Of a stretch of DNA of 10,949 nt, positions 1 to 6,269 are shown piece by piece. Below the pieces are notes generated by a model. The model was not told where the DNA came from and did not search any database. It was given only the letters and a program-made list of their open reading frames with translations. Both the position numbers and the translations under genes were made by a program. Each line of letters begins with the position of its first letter. The stretch's first letter is position 1. The stretch lies in assembly GCA_965648915.1 (NCBI GenBank), contig CBFGIV010000060.1:1-10949 (forward strand). Reading direction: 5' to 3'. This DNA is from a candidate division WOR-3 bacterium (GTDB lineage: Bacteria > Hydrothermota > Tepidihabitantia > SM23-42 > CAYGYG01).

Positions 1-111
1 ACGGATTCAGAGAGTTGTGAGCGGATTGTTCTTGCTCTTTTTAACAAATATAATAACAGATGGAAGGATCGCCCTTTAAAAGCAATAAAAGAATTTACAC
101 AAAAATATTGA
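1..111 (+). CDS. C-terminal fragment of IS256-family (mutator-type) transposase, running in from the left edge
   Basis: Frame +1 reads TDSESCERIVLALFNKYNNRWKDRPLKAIKEFTQKY* (TGA 109-111). The S-C-x-R ... N-x-x-W ... F-T-Q tail running into the terminal repeat is typical of IS256-family transposases. Too short for the ORF track. Confidence 0.8.
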   Translation, partial: TDSESCERIVLALFNKYNNRWKDRPLKAIKEFTQKY

Positions 112-118
112 CGCTACC
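1..118 (+). mobile_element. Right end of IS256-family insertion sequence; terminal inverted repeat about 94-118
   Basis: TTTACACAAAAATATTGACGCTACC (reverse complement GGTAGCGTCAATATTTTTGTGTAAA) resembles IS256-family termini and overlaps the transposase stop. The left repeat and the other target-duplication copy are outside the window. Confidence 0.75.
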
Positions 119-251
119 GGTCAACGCTAAGAAATTCTAAGTCTTCTCCTCTTTTCCTTGTGTCATTGCAAACCTTTGCTCCTATTGCCGTAATTGGCTT
201 CTCTATCACTGTAATTAAGTGCGCAGCATGGCAATCTCGGAAAAATTACTC

Positions 252-279
252 TTGACCACTGCAATTTCATATGTAAAAT
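252..279 (+). promoter_or_regulatory. Sigma70-like promoter upstream of the cassette (Pc-like position)
   Basis: TTGACC (252-257), 16 bp, TAAAAT (274-279). A second TATAAT lies at 293-298. Confidence 0.55.
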
Positions 280-435
280 AAGCACATTGAGGTATAATGA
301 AAATAAAATTTTCAGCCACTATCACCATCAAAATTAGCGAAATACTTCGTCTATCATCCTGTTTTGGGGATATAGATGAACCAGTTCACCTATACCCAAG
401 TTATACGCCATCGCTCTTGATATGGAAGTGAATAA

Positions 436-1269
436 ATGAAAGGTTTAGAACTCAATAAAATATACAATATGGATTGTCTTGAAGGAATGAAAGGTATCCC
501 CCATAAGACAGTAGATCTTGTTATTACAGACCCGCCCTTCGCAATAGATTTCAAGGCAAAAAGAAACAATTACCATAGAACAGCGTCAAGGGTTATAGAG
601 GGATATAATGAGATTCCAAAAGAAGAATATTATGATTTTACACTTAACTGGATGAAAGAGGTATACAGGGTACTTAAAGATTCTGGAAGTATGTATGTCT
701 TTTCAGGTTGGAATAATTTAAAGGATATTTTAATAGCTATCGATGATTTGGGCTTTATTACCGTAAATCATATTATTTGGAAATACCAGTTTGGAGTAGT
801 AACGAAAAGAAAATTTGTCACCTCGCACTATCATTGCCTCTATGTTTGTAAAAATGATGAAAAGAGGAAATTTTTTCCTTATTCAAGATTTGGGAAAGAG
901 GATGATGATAAAAATGGTAGGAGTTTACATTATAAAGACAAAGAGGATGTTTGGATAATAAAAAGGGAATATTGGACAGGCGATCAAAAAACACCTACAA
1001 AATTACCTGCCGAGTTAATAAAAAAGATATTGATGTACTCGAGCGAAGAAGGGGACATTGTTTTAGATCCGTTTTTGGGTTCGGGACAGGTAGCAATCGT
1101 AAGTAAGATGATGAAAAGACAATATATTGGTTTTGAAATTGTTAAGGAGTATTATGAATTCGCTCAAAAAAGATTGGATGAAAACTTATATAGAATTAAA
1201 GAGATAAACGAAGACTCTAAAAACCAGAGATTATTGACGCTATTCGAGATGGAGGATAAAAAACTATGA
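436..1269 (+). CDS. Site-specific DNA amino-methyltransferase (N6-adenine/N4-cytosine), beta class
   Basis: Motif IV DLVITDPPF near the N-terminus, TPTKLP..L, then motif I VLDPFLGSG and IGFEI near the C-terminus (beta order). SD-like GGAAGTG at 424-430. Confidence 0.95.
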   Translation: MKGLELNKIYNMDCLEGMKGIPHKTVDLVITDPPFAIDFKAKRNNYHRTASRVIEGYNEIPKEEYYDFTLNWMKEVYRVLKDSGSMYVFSGWNNLKDILIAIDDLGFITVNHIIWKYQFGVVTKRKFVTSHYHCLYVCKNDEKRKFFPYSRFGKEDDDKNGRSLHYKDKEDVWIIKREYWTGDQKTPTKLPAELIKKILMYSSEEGDIVLDPFLGSGQVAIVSKMMKRQYIGFEIVKEYYEFAQKRLDENLYRIKEINEDSKNQRLLTLFEMEDKKL

Positions 1270-2462
1270 ATATAGAAGAAAGAATAAAGAGAAGCAAACA
1301 ATTAATACTTGAGATTTCAAAAATAGGGCGAAAACATTCTACTATTCCTTCATTGCAAGATTTATTTCCATTTAAACATTATTTTGATAATAAAGAGAAT
1401 CTAAAAAGAAATGAACTTAATGAAATTGATGGACTTTGGACAAGGAGAGAAATTCTTACAAGATATTTACTCGTTAGTGCCGTGTTAGATCAAGGACCAG
1501 ACCTTGAGGGAGTGCGACTCCTTCTTAAAAATGTTGTAAATTCATTATATGAAAAAGAAATTCGTATATTTCACAAACCAATAGATTTCTTTAAGGAATT
1601 AGGTATTTCTATTGATGAAATTTTAGAAAAGCATGCCAGTATTAAGAAGATTAGAGCAGATGATTGGGCAAAGGAGAATAAATCAAACCCAAACAAATAC
1701 AATTTGTTTACAGATAGAACAAATCAAGTTTTAGGTTATGCTGTCTATAGATGGGGTGTCCCTTTATGTGTTCCACACCTTTTAGAAAAAGACTTAATCA
1801 AAAATAATAAGCACTCAGTTGAACCATTAGTTGAATATATTGAAAGTTGGGTTTCGGCTGAAATTATGAGTCAAGAAATAAAAGATAACGAAAGATATGG
1901 ATTAGGTAAAGCCATTGGAGACAAAGCAGGTCACTTATTCGCAAAGTTATATATTCATTCTTTTGGAATAGGTAAAAGAAAAGATGAATCGTTTGGTCCC
2001 CTTTCTTATGAATTACCTTTTGATAGTAACGCAGGACGAGTTTTATTCAGATGTGGGTTTCTACTTGATTGTGCCAAGTTATCTGATTACGAAAAGTGGG
2101 ATGTTATTCAAAAAGGAAAAGGTAAAGGTGGGGAACACTATATTCGAGTAACAAATATTAGAGGGAATAAATCTGATGAATTCTCTACATCAAGGGAAAT
2201 TATGGATTTTTATGAATCTATTTGTATTAAATATTTGAAAGTAAGAAAAAGGAGACCATCAAAAATTGAAATTCAGCAAATTCCGAATGTACTTTTATTG
2301 AATACAGAATATGGTATTGGTGATTTAGATGATGGGTTAATCTATATTGGAATAAATTACTGCTTTAACCATGACAAGCCAAAATGTCCACAATGTCCTA
2401 TTAACAATTTTTGTTTAGGATATAAAAATAGAAAAGATCTGATCTTGGAGTATAGAACATGA
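1266..2462 (+). CDS. HhH-GPD/Endonuclease III-superfamily DNA glycosylase-like protein with C-terminal 4-Cys (putative 4Fe-4S) motif; function unknown
   Basis: YLLVSAVLDQG resembles the EndoIII N-terminal helix. YGLGKAIGDKAG is HhH-like with K220. LPFDSNAGRVLFRCG (D253) resembles the VDTHxxRVxxRLG motif. C366-x7-C374-x2-C377-x5-C383 resembles the EndoIII Fe-S motif. ATGA overlap with the MTase stop; GGAGG at 1251-1255. Confidence 0.75.
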   Translation: MNIEERIKRSKQLILEISKIGRKHSTIPSLQDLFPFKHYFDNKENLKRNELNEIDGLWTRREILTRYLLVSAVLDQGPDLEGVRLLLKNVVNSLYEKEIRIFHKPIDFFKELGISIDEILEKHASIKKIRADDWAKENKSNPNKYNLFTDRTNQVLGYAVYRWGVPLCVPHLLEKDLIKNNKHSVEPLVEYIESWVSAEIMSQEIKDNERYGLGKAIGDKAGHLFAKLYIHSFGIGKRKDESFGPLSYELPFDSNAGRVLFRCGFLLDCAKLSDYEKWDVIQKGKGKGGEHYIRVTNIRGNKSDEFSTSREIMDFYESICIKYLKVRKRRPSKIEIQQIPNVLLLNTEYGIGDLDDGLIYIGINYCFNHDKPKCPQCPINNFCLGYKNRKDLILEYRT

Positions 2463-2477
2463 ATTTTGAGCGACGGC

Positions 2478-2566
2478 GTATAACACAGCATAAAAGGTTC
2501 GTGCCTTACGGCACTCACCCAAATTCCGCCTTCGGCGGAACTTCTTTTATGCTGGAAACGTTAGAA
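2478..2566 (+). repeat. attC-type recombination site (imperfect palindrome)
   Basis: R'' GTATAAC (2478-2484). CAGCATAAAAG (2486-2496) pairs with CTTTTATGCTG (2544-2554). Two internal hairpins: GTGCC-TTAC-GGCAC (2501-2514) and TTCCGCC-TTC-GGCGGAA (2524-2540). R' GTTAGAA (2560-2566). Confidence 0.8.
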
Positions 2567-2579
2567 AAAAACCTACTCT

Positions 2580-2792
2580 TTATTTCTCCATCTGGTAACC
2601 CTCTCCTAACTCCTTCGCAATTTCCAATAATTTCAAAGCCTTGTTATGTGTTTGGGTATTGGCATGGATAAACTTTTGATCGTCGGGAAAGGCAAGAAGC
2701 TCGGTGAGCGGTATATTAAATGCTTTTGCAATCTTTTCTAAAGAAGTAATCGTCAGATTCTTCTCCGCCCTTTCAATAGAAATTATTGACAA
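2580..2792 (-). pseudogene. 5'-truncated XRE/Cro-C1 helix-turn-helix regulator (C-protein-like)
   Basis: SIERAEKNLTITSLEKIAKAFNIPLTELLAF is the second half of an XRE HTH domain. The upstream in-frame sequence has no HTH N-terminal helices and no ATG before a TAG. Confidence 0.65.
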
Positions 2793-2813
2793 ATCAAGGT
2801 TTATGAATACAAT
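2786..2813 (+). promoter_or_regulatory. Near-consensus sigma70 promoter with no substantial ORF directly downstream
   Basis: TTGACA (2786-2791), 16 bp, TACAAT (2808-2813). Confidence 0.6.
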
Positions 2814-3119
2814 AGCATCATAAGGACGGGTATAATTAAGATGCTACAAGACCTGAGAATACGGATTATATTTCAGAGGTCAACCTAACAGAGAGTTTAC
2901 CAGTGCATCTACCGCTGCAATTATTATTTTAACTATAGAGTATGAAAGAAAAAGCCAAAGAAAATTTATCCAAACTCATCTGAGAAATGGGGTCGAATCT
3001 AAACATTATAACAATTGCACAATGAAGATTTGCAATATCCTACCGGTTAGCGGTAAACCAGACAAAAAACAGGCATAAACTTTAGTACGGTGCCAGCACA
3101 GATTGACCGCTCTTCCTGC

Positions 3120-3147
3120 TTGACATTTATAGTATTTCCCATATTGT
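3120..3147 (+). promoter_or_regulatory. Candidate sigma70 promoter
   Basis: TTGACA (3120-3125), 16 bp, TATTGT (3142-3147). Confidence 0.4.
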
Positions 3148-3232
3148 AAATCCCTATCCAAAAAATTGTTCTCTTATAGCAGGCGGACAACAGGTTAAAT
3201 TTCCAGGTCTATCTACAACAGTCGCTTGACAG

Positions 3233-3260
3233 TTGATTTTTTAAGATTATTAATTATGAT
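3233..3260 (+). promoter_or_regulatory. Candidate promoter for a leaderless L,D-transpeptidase mRNA
   Basis: TTGATT (3233-3238), 16 bp, TATGAT (3255-3260), 7 nt, ATG at 3268. Confidence 0.45.
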
Positions 3261-3267
3261 ATTGAAG

Positions 3268-3807
3268 ATGAAGGATATTAGACAAGGGATAAAAAGACTG
3301 ATTCGGCGATTTAAACTGAGAGATAATCAATTTGCCATTGTGGTCAGTATTTCTCGCCAGAGGCTCTATCTCTTTCAAGGGATGAAACTCCTCTGCTCCT
3401 ACCCGGTCTCGACTTCGCGCTTTGGTATTGGGAATCGAACGAATAGTTATAAGACGCCAACCGGTACCCATCTTATCTGCCAGAAGATCGGCAGAGGAGC
3501 ACCGCCGGGAACCATCTTTATCTCCAGAAAAATAACTGATAAAATTGCTCGAATATATCGTAAGGGTAAAAACTGCCGATCCGATTATATCACCACCCGT
3601 ATCCTCCGGCTGAAAGGGCTGGAACCAGGAATAAATAGAGGAAGAGGCATTGATACTTATCGGCGCAAGATCTATATCCATGGCACACCAGCCGAGAGCC
3701 TGCTCGGAAGACCAGCGTCCAAGGGTTGTATCCGAATGGCAAATCGCGCAATAATTGAACTCTTCTCTTTAATCCCGAAAAAGACCCTGGTCGAAATTCA
3801 AAGATAG
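3268..3807 (+). CDS. L,D-transpeptidase family protein (YkuD domain)
   Basis: IVVSISRQRLYL, YPVST, KTPTG and the catalytic IYIHGT...ASKGCIRM motif. Start placed at ATG 3268; the ORF-track TTG at 3226 coincides with a TTGACA box, and ATG 3256 is an alternative. Confidence 0.9.
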   Translation: MKDIRQGIKRLIRRFKLRDNQFAIVVSISRQRLYLFQGMKLLCSYPVSTSRFGIGNRTNSYKTPTGTHLICQKIGRGAPPGTIFISRKITDKIARIYRKGKNCRSDYITTRILRLKGLEPGINRGRGIDTYRRKIYIHGTPAESLLGRPASKGCIRMANRAIIELFSLIPKKTLVEIQR

Positions 3808-3831
3808 TCTAAAGCGATTAATGGAGGCTAC

Positions 3832-5037
3832 TTGACAATCTTTTTGAAGAATGGCATAGCCATACTGATCGGTTACCTGCTGGGATCGATTCTCCCGGCA
3901 TACTTATTATGCAGGATATTCAAGGGTATAGATATAAGAAGACTCGGGACCGGCAATCCCGGGACCTTAAATCTTCGTCGCTCGGTCGGGTTGCGTTTTG
4001 CAATACCTACAGCAATTTACGATACCTTGAAAGGGATTGTTGCCCTCATTCTTGCCCGATACCTTTTTGATCTCTCCCCCGAATTTTCCTATCTCTGTGC
4101 CCTCGCTGCGGTCCTGGGTCATATCTTCCCTTTCTATCTGAGATTTCGAGGTGGTCAGGGTGCCGCTACTTCAACCGGCCTTCTTCTTTACAGTCTATTA
4201 ACCCTGACAATTAAAAATAAACACTTCCTCTTTCTGCTGGATTTTACCACAATTATCGGTACAATAATCTTGACTTTTATCATTACCCGTAAAGAGGATT
4301 TTCTCTCCATCACCATTCTACCTCAATTCTGCTTCTATCTCCTGCACCAATTCCCTTTCGCAGTGGAACATATTGTCATTATACTGGTCGCCGCCTATCT
4401 GATATTTTTGGGGATCGTCAATATAATAAAATTCAAACTATTCCATATCGACCTTATCAAGTTTCCTCAATTTAAGCCGGTAAGAACACTCTTACGTCCT
4501 CTGGCGATGTCTTTTCCCCTTTTAAGTTTCTACCTTTCAAAGCAGCAGTTATTAACCCTGATCGGTTCGGTCCTGGCTCTCTTTTTTGCATTGGATATAA
4601 TCAGAATAACAATCATGCGAAAGAAAAGTTTGGCGGAGATAACCAAACTTTACAAAATACAGGAAGAGAGGAGAATCTCATCGATGACAATCTTTCTCCT
4701 CGGTTGTTTTCTCTCTTTTCTTTTATTTCAATCGAGTATTGCCATACTTGCGATAGCGTTTTTGATATTTGGTGATCTGGTTGCGGTCCTTTCAGGAATG
4801 GCATTTGGTAAACATCCACTATTCGGGAAGAGTCTCGAGGGCTCCCTTGGTCACTTAATGGCCTCGATCGTAACTGGTTATATCTTTCATTTTTACCTTG
4901 ATCTCCCACTCTTCCTGATCTGGATCGGGAGCGTCACTGCCACCATCGCTGAGCTTATTCCTTTTGGCATCGATGACAATCTATCTGTCCCAATGCTCAG
5001 CGGCGGGGTAATGACCGCGCTGATTATTCTTAGTTAA
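3832..5037 (+). CDS. Fusion: PlsY-like glycerol-3-phosphate acyltransferase domain plus CTP-dependent membrane lipid kinase domain (dolichol/phytol kinase/Dgk1-like)
   Basis: N-half: GYLLGSI, DIRRLGTGNPGTLN, DTLKG, GHIFPFYLRFRGGQGAAT. C-half: FGDLVAVLSG..FGKH..GKSLEGS and AEL....DDNLSVP. TTG start with GGAGG at 3823-3827. Confidence 0.85.
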   Translation: MTIFLKNGIAILIGYLLGSILPAYLLCRIFKGIDIRRLGTGNPGTLNLRRSVGLRFAIPTAIYDTLKGIVALILARYLFDLSPEFSYLCALAAVLGHIFPFYLRFRGGQGAATSTGLLLYSLLTLTIKNKHFLFLLDFTTIIGTIILTFIITRKEDFLSITILPQFCFYLLHQFPFAVEHIVIILVAAYLIFLGIVNIIKFKLFHIDLIKFPQFKPVRTLLRPLAMSFPLLSFYLSKQQLLTLIGSVLALFFALDIIRITIMRKKSLAEITKLYKIQEERRISSMTIFLLGCFLSFLLFQSSIAILAIAFLIFGDLVAVLSGMAFGKHPLFGKSLEGSLGHLMASIVTGYIFHFYLDLPLFLIWIGSVTATIAELIPFGIDDNLSVPMLSGGVMTALIILS

Positions 5038-5075
5038 TTAATCCTGGTTACGATAAAAAGTTGAGAGAAATATTG

Positions 5076-5103
5076 TTGACTTTTGATATAAAATGATTAG
5101 AAT
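5076..5103 (+). promoter_or_regulatory. Promoter of tRNA-Phe
   Basis: TTGACT (5076-5081), 16 bp, TAGAAT (5098-5103), 12 nt before the tRNA 5' end. Confidence 0.7.
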
Positions 5104-5115
5104 AGATTGTCCTTA

Positions 5116-5188
5116 GCCAGGGTAGCTCAGTTGGTAGAGCACCGGACTGAAAATCCGGGTGTCTGCAGTTCGATTCTGCACCCTGGCA
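5116..5188 (+). tRNA. tRNA-Phe (GAA), CCA not encoded
   Basis: Acceptor stem GCCAGGG/CCCTGGC, D arm GCTC/GAGC, anticodon arm CCGGA-CTGAAAA-TCCGG, T arm TGCAG-TTCGATT-CTGCA, discriminator A5188 followed by TTT. Confidence 0.97.
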
Positions 5189-5280
5189 TTTATTTTTATC
5201 GATAAAAATTCGACGCCGCGAAACATAATCACTAACTTCTCTTCCTGACAGGATCGAAACATCGATCTGGCACATAACAT

Positions 5281-5308
5281 TTGACAAAGTTTGAATTTTA
5301 GCCATAAT
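5281..5308 (+). promoter_or_regulatory. Promoter of apbE operon, probably leaderless
   Basis: TTGACA (5281-5286), 16 bp, CATAAT (5303-5308), 7 nt, ATG at 5316; no SD. Confidence 0.65.
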
Positions 5309-5315
5309 ATCAATT

Positions 5316-6269
5316 ATGCAGGAAGTCTTCGGGATCCTGGTAATGCTAACCCTGACGGTTGAGCCAAAACTTTATGATCGGACAATTCTGGGCCTGGGGA
5401 GCTTTTGCGAAATTAAGTTCTTTGATGAAGATAGTCTCCACGCCCAGAATCTTTTAGTTGAAGTCGACCAAGAGATAAGTACCATCGATTCGCTCTTTTC
5501 AATCTTCTCACCCAAGAGTGAAATATCTCTGCTCAATACCCAAAAAAGAGTGAAGGCTTCAAAATATCTTCTATCTGTAGTCCGGCGTGCCCTTGAAATT
5601 TCAAACTTATCCAATGGTGCATTCGACATTACAGTCTATCCGCTTCTTGAACTCTGGGGATTTTATACCGGCAAAAAACCAAAGAAGATTCCCGATCAAC
5701 CGCAACTTGAAAAAGTTAAAGCCGCAGTTGATTACCGCAAAATAGAGATAAAAGGCGATTCAATTATTCTTGATAATGATACCAGTATCGATCTGGGCGG
5801 TATTGCCCAGGGCTATGCAGTCGATTGTGTCATAAACAGGCTCAAGGCAAGAGGGATAAGGTCAGCCCTGGTCAACATCGGGGGTGAGGTTATGGCTTAT
5901 GGTCAGAAGCCTGATGGGGGTAAGTGGCAGATCGGTATTAAACACCCACGCCGTCCTGGAATAATCAAAACCATTACTCTCGATAATGAAGCGGTCGCAA
6001 CTTCGGGCGATTATGAGAAATTCCTTATGATCAAGGGCAAGAGATATCCACACATTATCGATCCAAGGACCGGTATGCCTGCCCGGGGTTTGATCAGCGT
6101 AACTATTGTCGCCCCGGATGCGACAACCGCTGACGGACTGGCAACAGCAATCTTTGTCCTCGGCCCGGTCAAAGGTAAAACATTGCTCGACTCCTTACCA
6201 ACAGTCAAAGGGATAATTTATACTGAAGATAAATATCAGGCCATCAATACCATCTCCAAAGGACTCTAA
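5316..6269 (+). CDS. apbE: FAD:protein FMN transferase (ApbE family)
   Basis: SEISLLN, GAFDITVYPL..LWGF, IDLGGIAQGYAVD, VNIGGE, WQIGIKHPR, ATSGDYE, HIIDPRTG, ADGLATA. Confidence 0.95.
   Translation: MQEVFGILVMLTLTVEPKLYDRTILGLGSFCEIKFFDEDSLHAQNLLVEVDQEISTIDSLFSIFSPKSEISLLNTQKRVKASKYLLSVVRRALEISNLSNGAFDITVYPLLELWGFYTGKKPKKIPDQPQLEKVKAAVDYRKIEIKGDSIILDNDTSIDLGGIAQGYAVDCVINRLKARGIRSALVNIGGEVMAYGQKPDGGKWQIGIKHPRRPGIIKTITLDNEAVATSGDYEKFLMIKGKRYPHIIDPRTGMPARGLISVTIVAPDATTADGLATAIFVLGPVKGKTLLDSLPTVKGIIYTEDKYQAINTISKGL

Larger units (their letters stand above)
401..2560 (+). mobile_element. Integron-type gene cassette (2160 bp) carrying MTase plus HhH-GPD-like gene
   Basis: Left junction G|TTATACGCCATCGCTC (400-416) is the reverse complement (16/17) of GAGCGACGGCGTATAAC (2468-2484), just after the second gene's stop. 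An attC hairpin follows, ending in G|TTAGAA (2560-2566). The genes fill the cassette and are visibly more AT-rich than the core genes. Confidence 0.8.

Noticed and set aside
108..140. IS-derived hybrid promoter from TTGACG in the terminal repeat
   Set aside because: No acceptable -10 hexamer 16-18 bp downstream.
161..238. TGTCATTGC...GCGCAGCATGGCAATCTC resembling a REP-like palindromic repeat family
   Set aside because: Too degenerate, single copy, and no complementary arm in the window.
436..1269. Assigning the MTase recognition sequence or target base
   Set aside because: DPPF does not discriminate m6A from m4C reliably, and I saw no convincing site avoidance by eye (GATC, AGCT and GTAC all occur).
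2524..2550. GC-rich hairpin plus T-rich run as a simple intrinsic terminator
   Set aside because: It is better explained as an internal arm of the larger attC structure, though it might also attenuate transcription.
2459..2671. 70-aa plus-strand ORF as a third gene of the MTase operon
   Set aside because: It runs through the attC palindrome and antisense to the HTH remnant, with no protein-like features.
2883..2889. ACCTAAC matching the attC R'' consensus
   Set aside because: No inverted repeat or matching GTT box follows.
5048..5313. Two minus-strand ORFs (85 and 66 aa)
   Set aside because: They are antisense to tRNA-Phe and its promoter; shadow ORFs.
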